Positions 10,436 through 20,367 of a stretch of DNA of 59,925 nt are shown in pieces (position 1 is the stretch's first letter; every line of letters starts with the position of its first letter). Where the stretch lies: assembly GCA_036381715.1 (NCBI GenBank), contig DASVCH010000172.1, positions 1 through 59,925 on the forward strand, written 5' to 3'. Origin of the DNA: Gammaproteobacteria bacterium (GTDB lineage Bacteria; Pseudomonadota; Gammaproteobacteria; Natronospirales; JAJUFS01). The notes under the pieces were generated by a model. The model had not been told where the DNA came from. It saw only the letters and a program-made list of their open reading frames with translations, and ran no database searches. The position numbers and the translations under genes were made by a program.

Positions 10436-11725
10436 TCATTCCAGTTCCGCAACCAGCTTCGCGAAGCGCGGGTGCTCGTGCAGCGAGACAAGGTCGGAAT
10501 CGTTCTTCAGCCAGCCGGCGTTGACCATGCCTGAACCCTTTGCCTTCTCCAGGCAATCCAGCGCCTTCTCCGGCTCGCCGGCCTGCGCGAGACAGCAGGC
10601 GACGTTGTAATTGATCATCGGGTCTTCCGGATTGAGCGCAAGGGCGCGGTCCGCCCATTCCAGCGCCTGCCTGTACATGCCGAGCTGGATCATGGAGCCG
10701 CAGGCGAGATAGATCGCGCGTGCATCCTTGCGGTTCAGCTTGAGGTGTTCCTGCGCAAGCTGGATGCCGCGGCGCGCGACCTGCTGCGCTTCGTCGATTC
10801 TTCCCAGGCTGAGATACGCCTGGCGCAGCAGCAGCGGCGTCTGGTAATCGTCCGGCTGCACTTCGGCGGCTTTCTCGAAAAGAGCGATGGCCTTTTCGAG
10901 CCGGCCCTGCTGGAAGCAGGTGCGCGCGTGCCAGAACCAGGCGTCGAACAGCCGCGGGTTCAGTTCGACCGCCTTGTCGAATGCATCCTCCGCCTTGATG
11001 AAATCCTTTTCCATGAGATACGCAATGCCGCGCGCCGTGTGTGCGCGCGCGAAGTCGGGCGCGAGCGCGACGGCGCGCTCGCTGGCCTTGCTCGCGCGCT
11101 CGACGTGCTCGCGGCTGCCGGAGTCGTGATACATGAAGTACTTGATGTGGCACTCGGCGAGACGCGCCCAGGCGCGCGCGAAGGATGCGTCTTCCTTCAA
11201 TGCCGACTGGAAACACTGCAGGGCCTTGAGGATGTTGTCGGCGGCGTAGCGGCGGAAGAAATCGAGGCCCTGCAGGTAGTGGTTGTACGATTTCGTGCTG
11301 GACGTCCAGCCTTTCCGCACGGTGAGCTGGCCGGCGTCGAGAACGTTCAGCGAAAGCTGCGCGACAATGTTTCGCAGGACGTCGTCGAGTACGTCGCCAA
11401 TGTCCGCCAGCGGCTGGGCGTAGCGCCGGGACCAGAGATCGGCGTTCCCGCGCACGTCCACGAGTCGCGCGGCCAGCTGCAGTTGCCCGGGTTCGTGATG
11501 CGCGCTGCCGGCGAGGAGGTAATCCACGTTCAACTGCGCTGCCGCCGCGGACAGGTCTGTGTCCGCTCCCGTGAAGCGCATGGATGACGTCAGCGGCGCC
11601 AGTTGCAACCCTTCCGCCCAGCTGAGCGCATGCATGAGTTCGTCTGCGATGCCGGCGCCGAAGTACGCCTGGTCCGAGGCAGGGCTCGAGTCCGTCAACG
11701 GCAGCAAGGCAAGCCTGCAGGTCAT
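10436..11725 (-). CDS. TolB-like N-terminal domain + TPR repeat protein, no catalytic domain
   Basis: LALLPL..S...DQAYFGAGIADELMHALS motif, multiple TPRs, C-terminal YNVACC...WLKNDSDL...HPRF; start ATG 11725 chosen by domain boundary. Confidence 0.8.
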   Translation of the reverse strand: MTCRLALLPLTDSSPASDQAYFGAGIADELMHALSWAEGLQLAPLTSSMRFTGADTDLSAAAAQLNVDYLLAGSAHHEPGQLQLAARLVDVRGNADLWSRRYAQPLADIGDVLDDVLRNIVAQLSLNVLDAGQLTVRKGWTSSTKSYNHYLQGLDFFRRYAADNILKALQCFQSALKEDASFARAWARLAECHIKYFMYHDSGSREHVERASKASERAVALAPDFARAHTARGIAYLMEKDFIKAEDAFDKAVELNPRLFDAWFWHARTCFQQGRLEKAIALFEKAAEVQPDDYQTPLLLRQAYLSLGRIDEAQQVARRGIQLAQEHLKLNRKDARAIYLACGSMIQLGMYRQALEWADRALALNPEDPMINYNVACCLAQAGEPEKALDCLEKAKGSGMVNAGWLKNDSDLVSLHEHPRFAKLVAELE

Positions 11726-11882
11726 GACCACCCCCGTTCGCGGCCGGTTCTCCTGATCAGTATAGACAGCGGATTTTCCCCCGATCCCCGGACCGGGCGG
11801 GAAAACCATCCTTCCCTGTGCGAGAATTCAGGAAGAAAACGCCGGCGCATCACGCCGGCCGGTTCAAGGGGCGGGGGGCAAT

Positions 11883-14800
11883 GTGCGGCAATTTCCATTC
11901 AGCAAGAAGACAGTTCTCCAGCTGATTTCCTGCCTGGCGCTGCCGTGGTTTTCCTGTCAGGTCGCGGCCAGCCAGCCCGGCGACGGGCTCCGCTTCCATC
12001 ATTATTCCCAGGAGGACGGACTGGCGCAGAACACGGTCCAGGCCATCGCCCAGGACCGCCGGGGATTCATCTGGCTGGGGACGGACGACGGCCTGCACCG
12101 TTTCGACGGCTACGAAATGACGGTTTACCAGGCGCGCCCGGGCGAGCCGGACGGATTGCAATCGGACAGCGTGCAGGCGCTTGAGGCCGATGGAAACGGC
12201 AATCTCTGGATCGGCACCTACGGCGGCGGCGTCTCGCGCCTTGTGCTTGCCGAAGGCGCGTTCACGCATTTCCGGCACGAGGAAAACAACGCGCAATCGC
12301 TGCGCAGCGACTTCGTCTTCCGGCTGGCAATCAATCCCGACGGCAGGCTCTGGGTGCTGACCGACAAGGGCCTGGATCTGCTCGATCCCGTGACCGGCAA
12401 GGTCACGCGGTTTCAAAACGGCGAATCGACGGGACTGCTCACAAAGGAAATCTGGTCGATCTTCGTGGACAGCCAGGGCACGGCCTGGGCCGGCGCCGTC
12501 AACGGCCTGTTCGTGTTCGATCCAAAGAGCAATCGCTTTACCTTGTTCCGTGCCGGCGATCCGCGCTATGCCGCGTTTCACGGTCACACCATCCTCGCGC
12601 TCGAAGAGACCGCCACCGGCGAGTTGCTGGTGTCCACACGCGCCGGTCTGCACCGGCTCGACGCCGCGCGCGAACTTGTCGCGCATTTCGGCCCGGAGGC
12701 GTTCGGCCTTGCCGAGGGCAGTGACGTTCAGCTCGGCCGCCTGCTCGCCACGTCCGGCGGCGAAATCTGGGCGTCGAGTTTCGGTTCGGGAATCTACTGG
12801 TGGGATGGCGCATCGGCGCGCTTCCGGCATTACCGTCACAACCCGGCGGATCGCTGGAGCCTTTCCGACGATGTTGTCCTTGCCCTGCTGGAAGATCGTA
12901 CCGGCATGGTGTGGTTCGGCACGGAAACGGGCGGCGTGAACACCTTCAACCCGGCAACGCGCGCCTTCCGTCATTTCCGGCACCGCAAGGACAACCCGGA
13001 CAGCCTGCCGAATCGCGTCGTGTGGTCGGTGATCGAGGATCGCGCCGGCGACCTGTGGATAGCGAGCGACGGCGGCCTCAGCCGGCTTGACCGCGAACAC
13101 GGCAAATACACGCATTACCTGCACGATCCCGAGGATGAACAGTCGATTTCGTCACCCTTCGTTTATGACGTGATCGAAGATGCGCAGGGCCGCATCTGGG
13201 CGGCGACGCTCCGCGGCGTCAATCGCCTGGACGCGCAAGGCGGCAGGTTCCGGCGCTATGAATTCACCGAAGGCGTGGACAACGCGTACTACGCCAACTC
13301 GGTCAGTTTCCTGCTCGCGGACGGCGCAGCCGTGTGGGCAGGCACGGCGGAGGGTCTTTTCCGGCTGGATCCGGAAACCGGCGAACACCGGCGCTTCATG
13401 CGTGATGCTGCCGGCGATTCGGCAAATTTCTTCACGGCAGCGACGCCGGCGCGGGCAGGCGGCTGGTGGCTGGGAACGGAGAACGGCGTCGTGCGGTTCG
13501 ATCCCGCGAGCGAACGGTTCGTGGAGTCGTACACGGTAGCCGACGGACTTTCGCACCCTTTCGTCATCGACCTGCTGGAGACGCGCGACGGCACGTTGTG
13601 GGTTGCGACTGACTACCAGCTGAACCGGATTCGTCCGGATGGCGGCGTGGAACATATCGGCGTCGGGGAGGGCCTGCCCAACAACACCATCTACAGCCTG
13701 CTCGAAGACGAAGACGGCGACCTGTGGATCGGCACGAACAACGGCCTTGCCGAATACGACCCGGTCAGCGGCGAGGTGCACGTGTATTTCGCGAGCGACG
13801 GCCTGCAGGCGAACGAATTCAATGCGGCGGCGCGCTTCCGCAGTTCATCGGGCGAGATGTTCTTCGGGGGCATCAACGGCTTCACGGCCTTCCATCCTGC
13901 GGCGATCCGGCACGACCGGAAGCCGCCGACCGTCGCGATCACGAAATTCTTCAAGTTCAACCGCCAGGTTCCGCTCGAGACGCCGGTGCACGCACTCGAA
14001 TCGCTCGCGCTGTCGTGGCGCGACAGCGTGATCGGTTTCGAATTCGCCGCGTTCGATTTCGCCGCGCCGTTGAAGAACCGCTTTCGCTATCGCCTTGAAG
14101 GGTTCGACCGGCAGTGGCTGGAAACCGTCGGTCACAACCATGTCACTTACACCAACCTGGATCCCGGTCACTACCTTCTGCGTGTGCAGGGCGCGAACCG
14201 GCACGGCGTCTGGTCGCGGGACGAAGCGCAACTCGTCATCGAGATCGCGCCGCCACCCTGGCAGACATGGTGGGCATACGCCCTGTACGTGCTGGCCGCG
14301 CTCGCCCTGTTGTCGGCCGGCCTGCGTTTTCATTTCGTGCGTCTCGCCGAACGGCATCAGCTCGAGAGCGCGCAGCAGAAACGCCAGTGGGCGGAAACGC
14401 TGCACCAACTGACACAGGCGCTCGCGGCATCCCTGGACGGCAGGGAGGTCGCGGAAGAGCTGCTGGAAAACCTGCGCACCATGGTCGCCTTCCGCAAGGC
14501 GGTGCTGTTCGTCGAGCAGGGCGTGGAGATTCACGTCGCCGGCGCGAAGGGCGTGCGCGACGAACGCATGAAAACGCTCGAAACGATGCCCGCGGAATAT
14601 TCGCGCTTCTTCGCGGAAGTGCGGCACGGCCGCAAATCGCGGATCGTCATGCGCCACGACGTTCAGATGCCGGTGCTGCAGGACGACATGTCGCCCGCGG
14701 CGCAGTTTCTCGCGGTGCCGGCCTATTCCCGGTCCGACGAGTTTGCGCTGCTGCTCATCGGCCGCGATGCGCCGCCGTTCTCGGAGCAGGAGCGCGACAT

Positions 14801-15368
14801 CGTTTCGGCGTTTCTCACGCAGGCGCTGGTCGCCATCGACAATGCGCGCCTGTTCGCGGAAGTGCAGAATCTCGCGACCACCGATACGCTGACGCAGGTC
14901 AGCAACCGCCGCTATTTCTTCGAGCTTGCCGAGCTCGAGTTCGCACGCAGCAAGCGTTATGGCCGCGATGTCTCGCTGATCCTGCTCGACGCCGACAACT
15001 TCACCGCGATCAACGACACTTACGGCCGCGAGATCGGTGATCGCGTGCTCAAGATCGTTGCAAACTGCTGCCGCAACAGTCTGCGGCATTTCGACATCAT
15101 CGGACGTTACGGCGGCGAGGACTTCGTCATCATGCTTCCCGAAACGCCGATGAACGTCGCTGCCGACGTCGCCGACCGCCTGCGCAAGAGCATCGAAAGC
15201 GTCCGCCTCGACACGCACAAGGGCGAACTCGCCGTCACCGTGAGCGTTGGCGTTGCAGTCGCCACGGAAAACACGCCGGACCTTCCGGCGCTGATCAATC
15301 GCGCCGACATGGCGCTCTACGAAGCCAAGCGTGCCGGACGCAACAAGGTTGTTGTCGCGGAGAAGTGA
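11883..15368 (+). CDS. Beta-propeller/Y_Y_Y ligand-binding sensor, TM, GAF-like and GGDEF domain (diguanylate cyclase family)
   Basis: Signal peptide, repeated DxxGxxWxGT propeller motifs, YTNLDPGHY, PPPWQTWWA + TM, LATTDTLT, RHFD...GGEDF, RADMALYEAK. Confidence 0.92.
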   Translation: MRQFPFSKKTVLQLISCLALPWFSCQVAASQPGDGLRFHHYSQEDGLAQNTVQAIAQDRRGFIWLGTDDGLHRFDGYEMTVYQARPGEPDGLQSDSVQALEADGNGNLWIGTYGGGVSRLVLAEGAFTHFRHEENNAQSLRSDFVFRLAINPDGRLWVLTDKGLDLLDPVTGKVTRFQNGESTGLLTKEIWSIFVDSQGTAWAGAVNGLFVFDPKSNRFTLFRAGDPRYAAFHGHTILALEETATGELLVSTRAGLHRLDAARELVAHFGPEAFGLAEGSDVQLGRLLATSGGEIWASSFGSGIYWWDGASARFRHYRHNPADRWSLSDDVVLALLEDRTGMVWFGTETGGVNTFNPATRAFRHFRHRKDNPDSLPNRVVWSVIEDRAGDLWIASDGGLSRLDREHGKYTHYLHDPEDEQSISSPFVYDVIEDAQGRIWAATLRGVNRLDAQGGRFRRYEFTEGVDNAYYANSVSFLLADGAAVWAGTAEGLFRLDPETGEHRRFMRDAAGDSANFFTAATPARAGGWWLGTENGVVRFDPASERFVESYTVADGLSHPFVIDLLETRDGTLWVATDYQLNRIRPDGGVEHIGVGEGLPNNTIYSLLEDEDGDLWIGTNNGLAEYDPVSGEVHVYFASDGLQANEFNAAARFRSSSGEMFFGGINGFTAFHPAAIRHDRKPPTVAITKFFKFNRQVPLETPVHALESLALSWRDSVIGFEFAAFDFAAPLKNRFRYRLEGFDRQWLETVGHNHVTYTNLDPGHYLLRVQGANRHGVWSRDEAQLVIEIAPPPWQTWWAYALYVLAALALLSAGLRFHFVRLAERHQLESAQQKRQWAETLHQLTQALAASLDGREVAEELLENLRTMVAFRKAVLFVEQGVEIHVAGAKGVRDERMKTLETMPAEYSRFFAEVRHGRKSRIVMRHDVQMPVLQDDMSPAAQFLAVPAYSRSDEFALLLIGRDAPPFSEQERDIVSAFLTQALVAIDNARLFAEVQNLATTDTLTQVSNRRYFFELAELEFARSKRYGRDVSLILLDADNFTAINDTYGREIGDRVLKIVANCCRNSLRHFDIIGRYGGEDFVIMLPETPMNVAADVADRLRKSIESVRLDTHKGELAVTVSVGVAVATENTPDLPALINRADMALYEAKRAGRNKVVVAEK

Positions 15369-15390
15369 AGGTTAAAGGCAAAAGCGGCGG

Positions 15391-15463
15391 TCAGGATCAA
15401 CAGGGTTGAAGCAAACAGGAAAGCAACCCTGTAAATCCTGGAAAATCCTGTTGATCCTGTCCA
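15391..15463 (-). repeat. CAGGAT-based repeat element, copy B (full inverted copy plus partial direct arm)
   Basis: 15425-15463 is the reverse complement of TGGACAGGATCAACAGGATTTTCCAGGATTTACAGGGTT; CAGGATCAACAGGGTT at 15392-15407 can pair with it. Confidence 0.85.
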
Positions 15464-15596
15464 CTTGCTTTTCCGCAGCACGGTTCACGCTTGCGAAAAA
15501 AACGGGCATTCCTCGTGTGTTAAGCTGTTGATGACGCCGCGATCGCATTCAACATATTCGCGACGCACCGCAGGAGGAACAGACCCGCCCGTAACC

Positions 15597-17360
15597 ATGT
15601 GTGGCATTGCCGGAGAAATCCGATTCAACCAGCGCCGCGCGGAACCGCGCGCGATATCGGCAATGATGTCGCGCATGTGCGAGCGCGGTCCCGACGGTGC
15701 GGGTATTTACACTCTCGAACAGTTCGCCTTCGGCCATCGCCGGCTGAAAGTCATCGACCTCAGCAACCGCGCCGCGCAACCGATGTTCGACCCGGCAATG
15801 GGTCTCGGCATCGTCTTCAACGGCTGCATCTACAATCACCGCGAGATCCGCCGCGAACTCGAAGCAAAAGGACATGCCTTCTTCTCGCACGGCGATACGG
15901 AAGTGATCCTGCGCGCCTACCGCGAGTGGGGTCCGGATTGCGTGCAGCGCTTCAACGGCATGTTCGCGTTCGTGATCTGGGAGCGCGATTCGGGGCGCGC
16001 ATTTGCGGCGCGCGACCGGCTCGGCATCAAGCCGCTGTACTACGCCTGGATCGACCAGGGCATCCGCTTCGCCTCCAGCCTGCCGGCGCTTGTCGAAGCC
16101 GGCGACATCGATACGAGCATCGATCCTGCAGCGTTGCATCACTACATGAGCTTCCACGCCGTCGTCCCGGCGCCGCACACCATCCTGCGCGGCGTGCGCA
16201 AGCTGCCGCCCGCAACCTGGATGACCATCGAGCCGAACGGCGATTGTCGCGAGCAAACCTTCTGGAAACCGGAATACGCAAGCCGCGAAGAACATTCCTT
16301 CGAGGAATGGCAGGAACGGGTTCTCGCGTGCCTGCGTCGCGCCGTGAAGCGACGTCTGGTCGCGGACGTCGACGTCGGCGTATTGCTGTCCGGCGGTCTC
16401 GACTCCAGCCTCATCACCGGCCTGCTGGCGGAAGCGGGACAGCAGGGCCTCAGAACATTCTCGGTCGGCTTCGAAAGCGTCGGCGACGAGAAAGGCGACG
16501 AGTTCGACTATTCGGACCTTGTCGCGAAACGCTTCGGCACGCGGCATCACCGCATCCACGTCAGTTCGGACGAATTGCTACCGGTTTTGCCGGATTGCGT
16601 CGCTGCAATGTCGGAACCGATGGTAAGTCACGACGCGGTCGGTTTTTACCTGCTGTCGCGCGAAGTGTCGCAGCAATTGAAGGTGGTGCAGAGCGGGCAG
16701 GGCGCGGACGAAGTCTTCGGCGGTTATCACTGGTATCCGCCGCTGATGGAGGCGGGCGCGGACGTGGACGATTATCGAAGGCTGTTCTTCGACCGCGGCA
16801 GCGACGAAATGGCGCGGGCGATCAATGCCGATTACCTGCGCGCGAACGACAGCCGCGCGTTCGTCGAAAGGCACTTCGCGTCGCCTGGAGCGGCGACGAC
16901 GATCGACAAGGCGTTGCGGCTGGATACCACGGTGATGCTCGTTGACGATCCGGTCAAGCGCGTCGACAACATGACCATGGCCTGGGGGCTTGAGGCGCGC
17001 GTGCCGTTTCTCGATCACGAACTTGTCGAACTCGCTGCAACCGTTCCGGCGCAGTACAAGGTGACGAACGGCGGCAAGCACGTGCTCAAGGAAGCGGCGC
17101 GCAGGATCATTCCCGCCGAAGTCATCGACCGGCCGAAAGGTTATTTCCCGGTGCCGGCGCTGAAATACATCCGCGGCGAATACCGCGATTTCGTGCACGA
17201 CATTCTCGACAACGCGGTCGCGCGCGAGCGCGGCATTTTCCGGCGCGAGTACGTCGACGAACTGCTGGCGAATCCCGAGGAGCACATCACGCCGCTGGGC
17301 GGCTCCAAGCTGTGGCAGGTCGCGTTGCTGGAATACTGGCTGCAAACCAACGGTATCTGA
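15597..17360 (+). CDS. asnO: N-acetylglutaminylglutamine amidotransferase (AsnB-like, NAGGN synthesis)
   Basis: MCGIAGE Ntn start, RGPD, LLSGGLDSS, SGQGADE, LVDDPVKRVDNMTMAWGLEARVPFLD; upstream of ngg. Confidence 0.9.
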   Translation: MCGIAGEIRFNQRRAEPRAISAMMSRMCERGPDGAGIYTLEQFAFGHRRLKVIDLSNRAAQPMFDPAMGLGIVFNGCIYNHREIRRELEAKGHAFFSHGDTEVILRAYREWGPDCVQRFNGMFAFVIWERDSGRAFAARDRLGIKPLYYAWIDQGIRFASSLPALVEAGDIDTSIDPAALHHYMSFHAVVPAPHTILRGVRKLPPATWMTIEPNGDCREQTFWKPEYASREEHSFEEWQERVLACLRRAVKRRLVADVDVGVLLSGGLDSSLITGLLAEAGQQGLRTFSVGFESVGDEKGDEFDYSDLVAKRFGTRHHRIHVSSDELLPVLPDCVAAMSEPMVSHDAVGFYLLSREVSQQLKVVQSGQGADEVFGGYHWYPPLMEAGADVDDYRRLFFDRGSDEMARAINADYLRANDSRAFVERHFASPGAATTIDKALRLDTTVMLVDDPVKRVDNMTMAWGLEARVPFLDHELVELAATVPAQYKVTNGGKHVLKEAARRIIPAEVIDRPKGYFPVPALKYIRGEYRDFVHDILDNAVARERGIFRREYVDELLANPEEHITPLGGSKLWQVALLEYWLQTNGI

Positions 17361-17377
17361 ACAACGGGCGTATCGAC

Positions 17378-19132
17378 ATGCCACGCAAGCAGGAATACGG
17401 ACAACGGTTCAGGCGCGGCTCCGCGCCATCGCTGAGCCCGTTCGGCATTCGTTCCGACAAGCAGGCAGAGCAGGCCTTGCAGCACGATGTCGTGGTGGAA
17501 TGCGGCTGGGGCCGGCTGCTGTTTGCGCACACCTTCACCAGCAACCAGGCGCTGGCGGACGAACTGTGCCGGGAACGCCCGGGGCAGCGCGACATCGCGC
17601 TGTATCTCCGTGACCCGCACGTCGTGCTTTCGCTGGCGCCGCAGGAACTGTTCCTTGACCCCTCGAACACGTTTCGCCTGTGGATGTTCAACTGGCGCTC
17701 CGGCCACGGGCACCCGAAAAGCTTTCGCGTGCGCAAGCTTCGCACCCGGGGCGACGCCGAGGCGATCAACCGCCTGTTCTCGCAACGGCACATGGTGGAC
17801 ATCGATCCGTCCTTCGTCTGGCAGAACCGGCTGTCGAAGACGCTGACGTATTTTGTCGCGGAAGACGTCGCCGACGGCACCATCATCGGCACGGTGACCG
17901 GCGTCGACCACGTCAACGCCTTCGACGACCCGGAAGACGGCTGCAGCCTCTGGTGTCTTGCGGTCGATCCGCAGGCGGCGCATCCCGGCATCGGCCAGGC
18001 GCTGGTCGCGCAGCTTGCCGACCACTACCAGGCCCGCGGGCGGGCGTTCATGGACCTGTCCGTCATGCACGACAACACGCAGGCCATCTCGCTGTACGAA
18101 AAACTCGGTTTCGTGCGCGTGCCGGTCTTCTGCCTGAAGAAGAAGAACGTCATCAACGAAAGGCTGTACACGGGCCCCGCGCCGGATCGCGAGCTGAATC
18201 CTTACGCCGCCATCATCGTGAACGAAGCGCGCCGGCGCGGCATCGCCGCCAAGGTGCTGGACGCGGAGAACGGCTACTTCGAGCTCACTTTCGGCGGCCG
18301 GACCATCGTCTGCCGCGAGTCGCTTTCGGAGTTGACGACGGCCGTCGCCATGAGCCGCTGCGACAACAAGCTGGTGACGAGCCGCCTGCTGGCGGCGAAC
18401 GGCCTGAAGGTGACGGCGCAGATGAAGGCGGGGACGGACGAACAGAACCGGGAATTTCTCGGGCGGCATCGCGATATTGTCGTCAAGCCCGCGCGCGGCG
18501 AGCAGGGCCGCGGCGTCAGTGTCGGCATTCGCGATGAACGTGAAATGCAATCGGCCGTCGAGCAGGCGCGGCGGATTTCGGATGACGTCGTGCTGGAAGC
18601 CTTCGTCGAAGGAATCGATCTTCGCCTGATCGTGATCGACGGCAAGCTGGTCGCGGCGGCGGTGCGCAAGCCGCCCGAAGTGATCGGCACCGGCCGGCAC
18701 ACGGTGCGCGAACTGATCGACAAGCAGAGCCGCCGGCGTTCCGCCGCGACGCACGGCGAAAGTCACGTGCCCCTGGACGACGAAACGACCCGCTGCGTGG
18801 CGCGCGCCGGCTTCGGTCTTGACGACGTGCTGCCGGAAGGCGAGGCGCTGCTGGTACGCAAGGCGGCGAACCTGCATACCGGCGGCACCATTCATGACGT
18901 CACGGCCGAGATCAGCGACACCTTGCGGCAGGCCGCCGAACGCGCCGCGCGTGCGCTGGACATTCCGGTGGTCGGCCTGGACTTTCTTGTGCCGTCGGTC
19001 GATGGCGACGAGTACGTGATTCTCGAAGCCAACGAACGTCCCGGTCTTGCCAATCACGAACCGCAGCCGACGGCGGAACGCTTCATCGATCTGCTGTTCC
19101 CGCAGACGAAAAACACGAAGGCCGAGGCATGA
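17378..19132 (+). CDS. ngg: N-acetylglutaminylglutamine synthetase (GNAT + ATP-grasp)
   Basis: CGWGRLLF, RDIALYLRDPHVV, SLWCLAVDP, VVKPARGEQG, ANLHTGG, EANERPGLANHEPQPTAERF. Confidence 0.92.
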   Translation: MPRKQEYGQRFRRGSAPSLSPFGIRSDKQAEQALQHDVVVECGWGRLLFAHTFTSNQALADELCRERPGQRDIALYLRDPHVVLSLAPQELFLDPSNTFRLWMFNWRSGHGHPKSFRVRKLRTRGDAEAINRLFSQRHMVDIDPSFVWQNRLSKTLTYFVAEDVADGTIIGTVTGVDHVNAFDDPEDGCSLWCLAVDPQAAHPGIGQALVAQLADHYQARGRAFMDLSVMHDNTQAISLYEKLGFVRVPVFCLKKKNVINERLYTGPAPDRELNPYAAIIVNEARRRGIAAKVLDAENGYFELTFGGRTIVCRESLSELTTAVAMSRCDNKLVTSRLLAANGLKVTAQMKAGTDEQNREFLGRHRDIVVKPARGEQGRGVSVGIRDEREMQSAVEQARRISDDVVLEAFVEGIDLRLIVIDGKLVAAAVRKPPEVIGTGRHTVRELIDKQSRRRSAATHGESHVPLDDETTRCVARAGFGLDDVLPEGEALLVRKAANLHTGGTIHDVTAEISDTLRQAAERAARALDIPVVGLDFLVPSVDGDEYVILEANERPGLANHEPQPTAERFIDLLFPQTKNTKAEA

Positions 19133-20250
19133 GCCTGCCGGTACTGGACATGGAGTTCGTCCGCCGCACCATGCTGGACCTGCTGGACGTCCCGAGTCCG
19201 ACGGGCTTCACCGACGAGATCGTGCATTACGCCGGCGAGCAGCTTGAAGACATCGGCATTCCCTTCAGCCTGACGCGCCGCGGCGCCATCCGCGCGAACA
19301 TGAACGGCCGCGAATCGAGCCCGGATCGCGCCATCGTCGCCCACCTCGACACCATCGGCTGCATCGTCAAGCGGCTGAAGGACAACGGCCGGCTTGCGGT
19401 CGCATCCATCGGCACCTGGTCGAGCCGCTTCGCCGAGGGCGCGCGCGTCACCATTTTCACGCGCGAGCGGCGTTACCGCGGCACTGTGCTGCCGCTGCTC
19501 GCATCCGGTCACACCTACGGCGCCGAAGTCGATACGCAGCCGGTGTCATGGCAGCACGTCGAAGTGCGGGTCGACGAACACTGCGAGGCGCGCGTTGACC
19601 TGGAGCGGCTGGGCATTCATGTCGGCGACTTCGTCGCCGTCGACCCGCAACCGGAAATCACCGATTCCGGCTACGTGAACTCGCGTCATCTCGATGACAA
19701 GGCGGGCGTTGCGGTGCTGCTGGCGGCGGCGAAGGCGGTAAAGGACAGCGGACGGGAACTGCCGGTGAACGCGCACCTTTTGTTCACGGTGAGCGAAGAG
19801 GTCGGCTCGGGCGCATCGCACGTGCTGCACAAGGATGTTGCGGAAATGGTGACGATCGATACCGCGACCATTGCGCCGATACAGAACACTTCGGAGCGTG
19901 GCGTGACGATCGCGATGCAGGACTCCGACGGGCCGTTCGACTATCACCTGACGCACAAGCTGATTCGCCTGTGCGAACAGAACAATATCTTTCATACCCG
20001 TGACGTTTTCCGTTTCTACCATTCCGACAGCGCATCGGCCATCGAAGCGGGCAACGACATCCGCACCGCGCTGGTCTGCTTCGGCACCGATGCGACGCAC
20101 GGCTGGGAACGCTGTCACGTGCAGACGCTGGAAGCGCTCGGCAAGCTTTTGATCGCCTACCTGCTGTCGGAGCCGACGTTCAAGCGCGATCGCGAAGAGC
20201 TGGCGCCGCTGGAGGGATTTCCGCAGCAGCAGGAGGGATTGGAGGAGTAG
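19129..20250 (+). CDS. NAGGN-system M42 family peptidase
   Basis: PSPTG, AHLDT, SRHLDDKAG, SEEVG, THGWER; third gene of the operon. Confidence 0.9.
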   Translation: MSLPVLDMEFVRRTMLDLLDVPSPTGFTDEIVHYAGEQLEDIGIPFSLTRRGAIRANMNGRESSPDRAIVAHLDTIGCIVKRLKDNGRLAVASIGTWSSRFAEGARVTIFTRERRYRGTVLPLLASGHTYGAEVDTQPVSWQHVEVRVDEHCEARVDLERLGIHVGDFVAVDPQPEITDSGYVNSRHLDDKAGVAVLLAAAKAVKDSGRELPVNAHLLFTVSEEVGSGASHVLHKDVAEMVTIDTATIAPIQNTSERGVTIAMQDSDGPFDYHLTHKLIRLCEQNNIFHTRDVFRFYHSDSASAIEAGNDIRTALVCFGTDATHGWERCHVQTLEALGKLLIAYLLSEPTFKRDREELAPLEGFPQQQEGLEE

Positions 20251-20340
20251 AAAGTCGAAGGTCGAAGAAAGGCGAAAGGCGAAAGGCGAAAGGCGAAAGG
20301 CGAAAGGCGAAAGGCGAAAGGCGAAAGGCGAAAGGCGAAA
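20250..20340 (+). repeat. Heptamer tandem repeat (GAAAGGC)10 with degenerate lead-in
   Basis: Ten perfect GAAAGGC units at 20267-20336, preceded by GAAAGTC GAAGGTC GAA. Confidence 0.97.
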
Positions 20341-20367
20341 AAAAGCCGTGCGAAGCACGGCTTTTTT
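20338..20367. terminator. Bidirectional intrinsic terminator between the NAGGN operon and gspN
   Basis: AAAAAAAGCCGTGC-gaa-GCACGGCTTTTTT between convergent genes. Confidence 0.9.

Noticed and set aside
3555..15463. Invertible or composite element bounded by inverted copies A and B
   Set aside because: It would separate pheT from pheS and includes essential genes; no recombinase nearby; independent insertions are the simpler explanation
20267..20336. CRISPR array or coding repeat (FAFRLSP in the 20157-20945 and 19546-20529 ORFs)
   Set aside because: Contiguous 7-mers with no spacers and no cas genes; the ORFs run through a terminator and overlap real genes
6776..20340. Active integrative element at tRNA-Pro
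   Set aside because: No integrase, no repeat of the tRNA 3' end seen, and composition similar to flanking core genes
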